A stretch of 64,000 bases of DNA from an uncultured Gammaproteobacteria bacterium (GTDB lineage: Bacteria; Patescibacteriota; Microgenomatia; UBA8517): NCBI GenBank assembly GCA_965231135.1, contig OZ246419.1, positions 184,754 through 248,753 on the forward strand. The letters are read 5' to 3'. Position 1 is the first letter of the stretch, and the number at the start of each line of letters is the position of its first letter. Under the pieces are notes generated by a model, which saw only the letters and a list, made by a program, of their open reading frames with translations, did no database searches and was not told the DNA's origin. The position numbers were made by a program, and so were the translations under genes. Below are positions 56,571 to 64,000 of the stretch, piece by piece.

Positions 56571-57083
56571 ATGCAAAACAATAACCGAAACAACAATAGA
56601 AGAAATAATAATTTTTATCAGGCTGAAAAAGAATTTACTGAGACAGTTGTGCAAATAAATAGAATTTCCAAGAAAACAAAAGGCGGAAACCAAATGAGAT
56701 TTGCAGCTCTTGTAGTTGTTGGAGATAAAAAAGGAAAAGTTGGAGTCGGACTTGCAAAAGCAAAAGACGTGCGTAGTGCAGTCCAAAAAGCTATAACTGC
56801 AGCAAAACGTAAATTGATTGTAGTTCCGCTTCGCGGAACAACAGTTGCCTATGAAGTTAATGTGAAATATGGAGCAGCAAAAATAGTTTTGAAGCCGGCA
56901 CCACAAGGAAGCGGAATTATTGCAGGAGGAGCAATTCGAGTTGTACTTGATGCCGCAGGAGTGCGCGACGCAAGTGCAAAAATTTTGGGAACAAAAAATA
57001 AAATTAGTAATGTATATGCGACAATCTCGGCACTTGAGAAAATAAGTGATATTGTAGAAAGGAAAAACATAAATGCAAAATGA
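56571..57083 (+). CDS. rpsE: 30S ribosomal protein S5 with an Asn/Arg-rich N-terminal extension
   Basis: RISKKTKGGNQMRFAALVVVGD...GSGIIAGG. The next gene is rplO, so no rpmD (L30) lies between them. Confidence 0.9.
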   Translation: MQNNNRNNNRRNNNFYQAEKEFTETVVQINRISKKTKGGNQMRFAALVVVGDKKGKVGVGLAKAKDVRSAVQKAITAAKRKLIVVPLRGTTVAYEVNVKYGAAKIVLKPAPQGSGIIAGGAIRVVLDAAGVRDASAKILGTKNKISNVYATISALEKISDIVERKNINAK

Positions 57084-57495
57084 TTTGCAAAAATTAGTAA
57101 AGCCTCGCCATAAAAGAGTTGGACGTGGAGGGGGAAGTGGAAAGGGATTTCATACTGCAGGGCGCGGACAAAAAGGACAAAAAACAAGAAGAACGATCAA
57201 TGTGCTTTTTGAAGGATATAAAGTAAAGAAATCATTGCTTCGTCGTCTTCCAATGCAGAGAGGAAGAAGCAAATTTAAAGCTAACGATAAGCCATTAATT
57301 ATTAATTTAGAAGTGCTTAATTTAATGAAAGATGGAGAAACTGTAACAATTGAAACGCTTGCAAAAGCTGGAATAGTAGACATTAAAGATGCAAAACGAT
57401 TTGGGGTCAAAATTTTGGGTAAAGGAGAACTCAAGAAGAAACTTAAAATAGAATTACCGATGTCTAAATCAGTTGCTAAACGAATAAATGCTTAA
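57073..57495 (+). CDS. rplO: 50S ribosomal protein L15
   Basis: [23 protein letters not shown]. Confidence 0.9.
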   Translation: MQNDLQKLVKPRHKRVGRGGGSGKGFHTAGRGQKGQKTRRTINVLFEGYKVKKSLLRRLPMQRGRSKFKANDKPLIINLEVLNLMKDGETVTIETLAKAGIVDIKDAKRFGVKILGKGELKKKLKIELPMSKSVAKRINA

Positions 57496-58780
57496 GTCTA
57501 TTGCAGATTTTTTTGTAAAGTGCGCAAAGTCTGACGTCGTCAGAAAGAAAATTTTTATAACAGCCCTACTTCTGGTTGTATTTCGTTTTATAGCTCATGT
57601 TCCTGTTGCAGGAATTGATAGAACTTCACTTCAACAACTTTTTAATGGAAGCCCGCTTTTATCTCTTCTTGATGTTTTTTCTGGAGGAACACTTGCAAAT
57701 TTTTCTATTATGGCGCTTGGACTTAACCCTTATATTAATGCCTCGATTATCTTGCAACTTCTTGGATATGTGATTCCATCAATTGAAGAATTACAAGAAG
57801 AAGGAGAGTATGGACAAGATAAAATTAATCAATACACAAGATTTTTAACTGTACCCTTGGCTGCGCTTCAGGGAATGGGTGCTTATTTGCTTCTTAAAGG
57901 ACAAGGAATTATTGGGACTTTGGGACCAGTACAGTTGCTTGCATTTATTTTAACTTTGGTTGCTGGAACAATGTTTGCTGTCTGGCTTGGGGAACTTATT
58001 ACTGAATACGGGGTTACAAACGGAGTTTCATTTCTTATTTTTGCAGGAATTATTTCAAGGCTTCCTGTAGCACTTGGAACTTCAATTGGAACAATTACAA
58101 AAACTGACTTAACAAAAGTGGGAATATTTGTAGTAGTTGCGCTTCTTATTATTACTTTAGTTGTCTATGTATCTGAAGCTGTTAGGCGCATTCCGATTAA
58201 ATATGCAAGACGAAATAACGGCTCTTCTCCAATTGCGCAGGCGTCTTATATTCCATTACAACTAAACCAAGCTGGAGTAATTCCAATAATTTTTGCAATT
58301 GCACTTGTATCGGCGCCTTCTTTGATTGCTCAATTTGCTGGAGGAATTGCACATGGAGCTGTCTCGAAGTTTTTTACGCAGCTTCTGGTTTATATGAACC
58401 CAAATACAATTCTTTACAATGTGTTTTATTTTCTTTTGGTGGTTGGGTTTACTTATTTTTATACTGCGACAGTTGTTTTTAATCCTGAAAAAGTTACTGA
58501 AAGATTACAGCGAAATGGTGCTTTTATTCCCGGGAAAAGGCCTGGAATGCAGACTCAGAAATATTTAGGATATGTGGTAAACAGAGTTACTCTTGCTGGA
58601 GCGGTATTTTTGGGATTTATTGCAATCTTACCATCAATACTTCAATCAACATTACAAATTTCCAATTTGGTTATTGGAGGAACTGGAGTATTGATTGTTG
58701 TTTCAGTAATTCTTGAAATGGTTCGAGATCTTCAGGCGCAGCTTTCTATGAAGAAATATGAGAGATTTGTGGCAGAATAA
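57488..58780 (+). CDS. secY: preprotein translocase SecY
   Basis: Protein of 430 aa with 10 TM helices, in the conserved position after rplO. Confidence 0.9.
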   Translation: MLKSIADFFVKCAKSDVVRKKIFITALLLVVFRFIAHVPVAGIDRTSLQQLFNGSPLLSLLDVFSGGTLANFSIMALGLNPYINASIILQLLGYVIPSIEELQEEGEYGQDKINQYTRFLTVPLAALQGMGAYLLLKGQGIIGTLGPVQLLAFILTLVAGTMFAVWLGELITEYGVTNGVSFLIFAGIISRLPVALGTSIGTITKTDLTKVGIFVVVALLIITLVVYVSEAVRRIPIKYARRNNGSSPIAQASYIPLQLNQAGVIPIIFAIALVSAPSLIAQFAGGIAHGAVSKFFTQLLVYMNPNTILYNVFYFLLVVGFTYFYTATVVFNPEKVTERLQRNGAFIPGKRPGMQTQKYLGYVVNRVTLAGAVFLGFIAILPSILQSTLQISNLVIGGTGVLIVVSVILEMVRDLQAQLSMKKYERFVAE

Positions 58781-58785
58781 ATTTT

Positions 58786-59334
58786 ATGAATATAGTAATA
58801 CTTGGACCTCAAGGAAGCGGAAAAGGAACACAAGCAAAATTACTTGTTGAAAAATTTGGTTTTTTTTATTTTGAGAGCGGAGAATTTCTAAGGCAGATAG
58901 CCGAAAATAATGAAGTGCTTCGCAATATGATGGATGAAGGGAAATTGGTCCCAAGCGAAGAGCTGGTAGCTTATATTGAAGCATATTTGGATGAAAAACA
59001 AGTTTATGACAATATTCTTTTTGATGGATTTCCAAGGCAGCTTGAACAGTATAAATTTGTAAAGGGATGGCTTTCTGATAAAAAAGTAAAAATAGATCTT
59101 GTTTTAGTTTTGAATATCAGTGAAGAGACAACACTTAATAGATTAAGTTTGCGAAAGCGCGAAGATGATACAGAAGAATCTATAAAAGAAAGATTAAAAC
59201 TTTATAATGACCAGACTGTGCCTTTAATTGATGAATTAAGAAAAGATACTAAAGTTGTTGAAGTTGATGGAGAAAGAACAGTTGATGCAATACAAAAAGA
59301 TTTGGAAAGAATAATTGAAAATGCGAAAAATTAG
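58786..59334 (+). CDS. adk: adenylate kinase (short, no zinc lid)
   Basis: P-loop ILGPQGSGKGTQ. The LID domain is reduced and has no Cys. Confidence 0.85.
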   Translation: MNIVILGPQGSGKGTQAKLLVEKFGFFYFESGEFLRQIAENNEVLRNMMDEGKLVPSEELVAYIEAYLDEKQVYDNILFDGFPRQLEQYKFVKGWLSDKKVKIDLVLVLNISEETTLNRLSLRKREDDTEESIKERLKLYNDQTVPLIDELRKDTKVVEVDGERTVDAIQKDLERIIENAKN

Positions 59335-60076
59335 TTTAAAAACAGAGGCAGAAATGCAAATAATGCTTGAAGGAGGCAAAAAACTTGGAAGAGTTAAAAA
59401 AGCATTGGGTAAAGCAGTAAAACCTGGAGTTAATGCCATGGAAATTGAAAACCTAGCCCGCAAACTTATTAAAGAAGAAGGGGCTAAGGGAAGCTTTGAT
59501 AAAGTACCTCACTATAAATGGGTGACTTGTATTAATGTAAATGACGGAGTTGTTCATGGCATTCCAAAAGAAACAACTATTTTTAAAGAAGGAGATGTTG
59601 TGAGCGTTGATGTGGGAATTTATTATAAAGGATTTCATACTGACACAGCTTTGACTGTATATTTAGGTAAAGATCAGGGCAAAAAGGATTTTTTGGCTTA
59701 CGGAAGAAAGGCGGATTTAGCTGGGATTGCCCAAGTGAAAAAAGGGAAAACTATTGGAGATATAGCGAAAGCTATTGAGAAGGAACTAATTGCACATAAT
59801 TTGAGGCCGATTTGGGTACTTACAGGACATGGTGTGGGGCATGAATTACACGAAGAGCCTTCTATTCCTAATTATTTTAGCGATGATCCTGTTATGGATT
59901 TGGTTATAGGAGAGGGAATGGTGCTTGCAGTTGAGGTGATGTATACGCCTGGAGATGGCGAAATTCGGCAGGATAAAGACGGGTGGACACTACGCACAAA
60001 AGATGGTACAATAGCAGGACTTTGGGAAGAGACCGTAGCGATAACTAGCCGCGGTCCTATTGTGTTAACTGAATGA
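59315..60076 (+). CDS. map: methionine aminopeptidase type I
   Basis: Pita-bread fold with metal ligands in DVGIYYKGFHTD and TGHGVGHELHE. Confidence 0.85.
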   Translation: MKMRKISLKTEAEMQIMLEGGKKLGRVKKALGKAVKPGVNAMEIENLARKLIKEEGAKGSFDKVPHYKWVTCINVNDGVVHGIPKETTIFKEGDVVSVDVGIYYKGFHTDTALTVYLGKDQGKKDFLAYGRKADLAGIAQVKKGKTIGDIAKAIEKELIAHNLRPIWVLTGHGVGHELHEEPSIPNYFSDDPVMDLVIGEGMVLAVEVMYTPGDGEIRQDKDGWTLRTKDGTIAGLWEETVAITSRGPIVLTE

Positions 60077-60288
60077 AAACGACTAATACAGAAATTTTTG
60101 AAGGGGAAGTACGAGAAGCGCTGCCAAATACAATGTTTAGGATAGTTTTGGCAGATGGTCGTGTGATTCTGGCAACACTTACTGGAAAAATGAGAAGAGG
60201 GTTTGTGAGAGTTTTTCCGGGAGATAGAGTGAAAGTAGAAATGACGCCTTACGATAAAGATCGAGGACGTATAGTTTGGAAGAGATAG
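60073..60288 (+). CDS. infA: translation initiation factor IF-1
   Basis: 71-aa S1-like OB fold (MFRIVLADGRVILATLTGKMR). Confidence 0.9.
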   Translation: MKTTNTEIFEGEVREALPNTMFRIVLADGRVILATLTGKMRRGFVRVFPGDRVKVEMTPYDKDRGRIVWKR

Positions 60289-60300
60289 AAAGGAAAATAT

Positions 60301-60414
60301 ATGAAAGTTAAATCGTCAATAAAAGTAATGTGTAAAGATTGTAAAATTGTTAAACGTAAAGGATTTCTGTATGTGATTTGCAAAAATCCTAAGCACAAAC
60401 AAAGACAGGGTTAA
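60301..60414 (+). CDS. rpmJ: 50S ribosomal protein L36 (not in the ORF track)
   Basis: Translates to [37 protein letters not shown]. This matches the L36 consensus, including the Cys3His ligands. Confidence 0.85.
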   Translation: MKVKSSIKVMCKDCKIVKRKGFLYVICKNPKHKQRQG

Positions 60415-60420
60415 AAAAAT

Positions 60421-60840
60421 ATGGCAAGACTAGCTGGAATAGAAATGAACGACAATTTGAGACTCGCATACGCGTTAACGCGTATTAATGGTATTGGCTG
60501 GAGCAAATCAGAGGAAATTATGAAAGCTTTAAAAATGGATGAAAGCAAAAGATTAAAAGATTTAGGTCCTGATGATTTTTCTGTAATTACAACAAAACTT
60601 GATGAATATACAACTGAGGGAGATTTAGTAAGACAGATAAGAGGAAATATAGCAAGACTTCGAGAAATTGGAACGTACCGCGGAACAAGACATGCAAAAG
60701 CGCTTCCTGTACGAGGACAGCGAACAAGAACAAACGCACGTACAAAGCGAGGAAAACGTAAGACTGTTGGAGCATTTAAGAAAGAAGTTTTAACAAAGAT
60801 GGACACAACCGCAAAGGAGGATGCAAATGCCAAGAAGTAA
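60421..60840 (+). CDS. rpsM: 30S ribosomal protein S13
   Basis: MARLAGIEMNDNLRLAYALTRINGIG. Confidence 0.9.
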   Translation: MARLAGIEMNDNLRLAYALTRINGIGWSKSEEIMKALKMDESKRLKDLGPDDFSVITTKLDEYTTEGDLVRQIRGNIARLREIGTYRGTRHAKALPVRGQRTRTNARTKRGKRKTVGAFKKEVLTKMDTTAKEDANAKK

Positions 60841-61201
60841 TGATAAGCGTTTATCGCAAGATAAAGGTAAAGCATATATTTATGCTTCGTTTAATAACAC
60901 ACTTGTAACTATTACTGATGATGAAGGAAGAACACTTTCTTGGGGAAGTAGCGGTAAAAGCGGATTTAAAGGAACACGCAAAGCAACACCATTTGCAGCA
61001 ACAACTGCAGTTGAGAGTGTTACAAAAACAGCAAAAGATAAAGGAATTTCTGAAGTTGAAGTTTATATTAAAGGACCTGGACCAGGGCGAGATGCAGCAC
61101 TTCGAGCAATTCGAGCAGCTAACATGAAAATTTCTATGATAGCTGATCTTACACCACAGCCATTTGACGGACCGAGACCAAAGAAAAGGAGAAGAGGGTA
61201 A
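60827..61201 (+). CDS. rpsK: 30S ribosomal protein S11
   Basis: AYIYASFNNTLVTITD...GPGPGRDAALRA. A GGAGG Shine-Dalgarno sits 6 nt before the ATG at 60827. Confidence 0.85.
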   Translation: MPRSNDKRLSQDKGKAYIYASFNNTLVTITDDEGRTLSWGSSGKSGFKGTRKATPFAATTAVESVTKTAKDKGISEVEVYIKGPGPGRDAALRAIRAANMKISMIADLTPQPFDGPRPKKRRRG

Positions 61202-61202
61202 T

Positions 61203-61805
61203 ATGGCACGTTATACAGGACCACTCGACAGATTAAGCAGACGAGAGAATTTCGATTTGTTTAGTAAGGGAGCTAAATTAACTCGCCTTTCACAGACCCC
61301 TGGAATGCACGGACCAAAAGGACAAATGAGAGCGCAATCTCAATTTGGACGCCAACTTCGCGAGAAACAGAAAGTAAAGAGAATGTATGGAATATTGGAA
61401 CGTCAATTTGCAAAATATATGGAGGCAGCACTTAAATTTAAAGGAAACTCTGCAAATGAACTTTTCGTGCTACTTGAAAGTAGACTTGATAATGTAGTAT
61501 ACAGACTTGGATTTGCAAAGACCCGCCCACAGGCCCGCCAGCTTGTATCACATAGGCATGTGTTAGTTAACGGAAAAACTGTTAATATTCCATCATATCA
61601 ATTGAAACCTGGAGATACAGTTGCACTTGATCAGTCTGCAATGACTGTGCCTAATGTTTCTAAGTTACTTGCTGATAAGGAACCAACAATTCCAGGCTGG
61701 TTAAATAGAAAAGCAGGAGCTGGAAAAGTCGAGAGAACAGTAAAAAGAGACGATATTAAGGAATTAATTAATGAATCTGATATAATAGAGTTTTACTCTA
61801 GATGA
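61203..61805 (+). CDS. rpsD: 30S ribosomal protein S4
   Basis: MARYTGP...RLDNVVYRLGFA. The ATG at 61203 follows the rpsK stop; the track ORF is over-extended. Confidence 0.9.
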   Translation: MARYTGPLDRLSRRENFDLFSKGAKLTRLSQTPGMHGPKGQMRAQSQFGRQLREKQKVKRMYGILERQFAKYMEAALKFKGNSANELFVLLESRLDNVVYRLGFAKTRPQARQLVSHRHVLVNGKTVNIPSYQLKPGDTVALDQSAMTVPNVSKLLADKEPTIPGWLNRKAGAGKVERTVKRDDIKELINESDIIEFYSR

Positions 61806-61811
61806 AAAGAG

Positions 61812-62735
61812 GTGAATTTTATGGAGCCAATGTTTGAAATTACAGAAGAAAAACAAGGAGATAATTATTCTAAATTTATAATTTCTCCTCTTCCATATGG
61901 TTATGGAAATACTTTGGGAGTAGCCCTTCGCAGGGTTTTACTTTCGAGTCTTAAAGGATCAGCTATTACTCAAGTTAAGATTGCTGGAGTTAAACATCAA
62001 TTTTCAAGCCTTACAGGAATGAAAGAAGATGTCTTAGACTTTTTGCTTAATCTTAAAAAAGTGAGATTTACTAATGTAAGCGAAACTGCGAAAGCAACAC
62101 TTGATGTAACAACAAGCGGTGAAGTGAAAGCAGGCGACATTAAAGTCTCAGGAGGAGTTAAAGTAGCAAATCCTGATTTAGTTTTGGCAAACCTTTCAAA
62201 AGGAGCAAAATTATCAGCAGCCTTAACTATTGAAAGTGGAGTTGGATATTCTCCATTTGAAGAAAGAGTCAAAGAGGGCGTTGGAGTTATTGCTCTTGAT
62301 GCGCTTTTTTCACCAATTGTTCGAGTTAACTACAAAGTTGAAGAAACTCGTGTTGGACGAATTACCAATTACGATAAACTTTCAATGGAAGTCTGGACTG
62401 ATGGAACAATTAAACCAAATGAAGCAGTAAAAGCTGCATCAAATATTTTAGTTTCTTGCTTTAATCAAATCGTTAACCCTAAAGAAGTTAGCAAAAAAGT
62501 TGATGCTGAAGTAAAGACAGTTTCCGGACTTGGACAAGTTGGAAAACTTTCAGTTGAAGAAATCGGACTTCCAACAAGAGTAGCTAATGCTCTTGCAAAA
62601 GCCGGTTATGAAACAGTTGAAAAACTTGTTAATGCCAAACGCGAAGATTTAATGCATGTACGAAATCTTGGAGAGAAATCTTTGAAGATAATCCGCGCAG
62701 CATTAATGGAGAAAGGAGTGGAGTTTAATGTATAA
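61812..62735 (+). CDS. rpoA: DNA-directed RNA polymerase alpha subunit
   Basis: N-terminal dimerisation domain plus a C-terminal domain (EEIGLPTRVANAL), 307 aa. Confidence 0.9.
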   Translation: MNFMEPMFEITEEKQGDNYSKFIISPLPYGYGNTLGVALRRVLLSSLKGSAITQVKIAGVKHQFSSLTGMKEDVLDFLLNLKKVRFTNVSETAKATLDVTTSGEVKAGDIKVSGGVKVANPDLVLANLSKGAKLSAALTIESGVGYSPFEERVKEGVGVIALDALFSPIVRVNYKVEETRVGRITNYDKLSMEVWTDGTIKPNEAVKAASNILVSCFNQIVNPKEVSKKVDAEVKTVSGLGQVGKLSVEEIGLPTRVANALAKAGYETVEKLVNAKREDLMHVRNLGEKSLKIIRAALMEKGVEFNV

Positions 62736-63078
62736 AAAAGTTTACGGGAAAAAACTTTCCCGCGATACTGATACAAGACAAGCTCTTTTTCGGTCTTTGA
62801 TTGTCTCTTTGATTCTTAATGGAAAAATTGAGACAACAAAGACTAAAGCGAAAGCTATTCAGGCTGATGTAGATAAACTATTTACACTTGTAGCTAAAGA
62901 CAATGTTGCAAATCGAAGACTCGTTTTATCAAAGCTTGCTAATGATAGTGTCGCTATGGAAAAGATCTTTTCTTTGAAAAAGAAAACGGAAGAAAGGAAA
63001 TCTGGATTTACCAGAATTACTGTACTTCCTAATAGAAGAGGAGATAATGCACCAATGGTGCGAATGGAATTTGTATGA
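62728..63078 (+). CDS. rplQ: 50S ribosomal protein L17
   Basis: RQALFRSLIVSLILNGKIETT. Confidence 0.85.
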   Translation: MYKKVYGKKLSRDTDTRQALFRSLIVSLILNGKIETTKTKAKAIQADVDKLFTLVAKDNVANRRLVLSKLANDSVAMEKIFSLKKKTEERKSGFTRITVLPNRRGDNAPMVRMEFV

Positions 63079-63503
63079 TGAAGAATTTGTTTGTTTCATA
63101 CCAACCTAAAGCAAAAGAAGTAAAAAGAGACTGGAAGCTATTTGATGCAAAAGATCAAGTACTTGGCAGACTTGCAACTCAAATAGCAATGTCTCTTATG
63201 GGTAAAACTAAAGCTACCTACAGCCCACATATGGACAATGGAGATAATGTGGTTGTAATTAATGCAGCAGAAATTACTGTAACAGGCAAAAAAGCTGAAC
63301 AAAAGAGATATTACGGACATTCAGGATATCCTGGAGGATTTAAAGATATATCTTATGCTCATATGAAGGCAACTCATCCAGAAAGAATAATTGAATTAGC
63401 TGTAAAAAGAATGTTACCTGAAAATCGTTTGAGAGATAAAAGAATGGCAAGACTTTTTATAAGCAATGATAGTAATAATCCAAAGAAGGAAATGTTTAAA
63501 TAA
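63075..63503 (+). CDS. rplM: 50S ribosomal protein L13
   Basis: WKLFDAKDQVLGRLATQIA...GDNVVVINA. Confidence 0.9.
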   Translation: MMKNLFVSYQPKAKEVKRDWKLFDAKDQVLGRLATQIAMSLMGKTKATYSPHMDNGDNVVVINAAEITVTGKKAEQKRYYGHSGYPGGFKDISYAHMKATHPERIIELAVKRMLPENRLRDKRMARLFISNDSNNPKKEMFK

Positions 63504-63931
63504 TGGCAACTAAAAAGAATTACACTTATGGAGTAGGTAAGCGAAAAAACGCTTCTGCAAGAGTGCGACTTTATAAGCAAAGCTTGCACGGCGATGCCGG
63601 TAAAGGAAGCGAGGAAAATACAGTAAACGGACAAGTTGTCGGAAAATATTTTCCAGGAGATGCTGCAAGAGTTTCCTGGAGCAAACCGCTTGAACTACTG
63701 ATGTTAACTGATAAATATTTCTTTACAGCAAGAGTTACTGGAGGAGGAAAAGAAGGACAACTTGATGCAGTAGTTCATGGGCTTTCAAGAGCTCTTTCAA
63801 AAGTAAAAACAGAACACCGTCAGCCTCTTAAAAAAGCAGGACTCTTGAAAAGAGATTCAAGAGAACGCGAAAGAAGAAAGATGAACACTGGTGGAAAAGC
63901 GAGACGTCGTAAGCAATCTCCAAAACGTTAA
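63503..63931 (+). CDS. rpsI: 30S ribosomal protein S9 (with an internal insertion)
   Basis: YGVGKRKNASARV...ARRRKQSPKR. It overlaps rplM in a TAATG arrangement. Confidence 0.9.
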   Translation: MATKKNYTYGVGKRKNASARVRLYKQSLHGDAGKGSEENTVNGQVVGKYFPGDAARVSWSKPLELLMLTDKYFFTARVTGGGKEGQLDAVVHGLSRALSKVKTEHRQPLKKAGLLKRDSRERERRKMNTGGKARRRKQSPKR

Positions 63932-64000
63932 TTCTTTTTTGCAACTAAAATAATTCTTTGCTGGTTTTTACCTGATTTAGTTTGACCAATAAAATTATTT

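Noticed and set aside
1-64000. Alternative genetic code (UGA recoded, as in some CPR lineages)
   Set aside because: TGA is used as an ordinary stop (for example grpE at 7950-7952 and the Lon-like gene). Conserved proteins align without read-through.
1-64000. CRISPR arrays, tRNA or rRNA genes, IS elements
   Set aside because: No direct-repeat/spacer periodicity is present. No intergenic segment has tRNA-like GC content or a TTCGA T-loop context. No transposase or integrase ORFs are present.

Overview
This 64 kb window is AT-rich and looks like a reduced-genome bacterium, possibly of the Candidate Phyla Radiation (Patescibacteria); this is my inference, not something I could test. The evidence is small streamlined proteins, no L30 gene, type IV pilus parts, a sortase, and very short IF2, AlaRS, Lon and DnaJ genes. 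TGA is used as an ordinary stop, so the standard bacterial code applies.

Layout from left to right:
- 770-4655 (minus strand): a pilN-pilO surface and secretion locus followed by four secreted or cell-surface proteins. Two of them share an 8-cysteine module, and one ends with an LPNSG sorting signal.
- 4726-11624: rpsT, murJ, then a heat-shock locus hrcA-grpE-dnaK-orf-dnaJ. I see three CIRCE-like operators there, each fused to a promoter.
- 12753-19128: nusA-infB-(two unknowns)-rpsO-pnp.
- 20039-23351: an overlapping operon encoding a Lon AAA+ module with no protease domain, a family-4 uracil-DNA glycosylase, and RNase J.
- 23789-35704: ftsK, a rodZ-like gene, a P-type ATPase, an AlaRS that stops after the catalytic and tRNA-recognition domains, a large membrane protein followed by a sortase, ruvX (yqgF) and mltG.
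- 35779-42780: a single 2342-codon ORF that fuses rpoB and rpoC.
- 42789-48581: the str operon, rpsL-rpsG-fusA-tuf-rpsJ. It is interrupted by a small unknown ORF, and separately by a two-gene insertion that carries an HNH endonuclease.
- 48588-49022: a Cys-rich gene on the opposite strand, just upstream of rplC.
- 49262-63931: the S10-spc-alpha ribosomal cluster, rplC through rpsI. It includes an rpmJ gene that the ORF track missed.

The most interesting non-coding signals:
- A recurring hairpin motif ATAAGC-N3/4-GCTTGT with the stop codon sitting inside it, at seven or more gene ends.
- A near-identical 31-nt copy of that motif lying in frame inside rpoB.
- Hairpin-plus-U-tract candidate attenuators upstream of nusA and of rplC.

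I found no rRNA, tRNA or CRISPR array, and no definite transposon.
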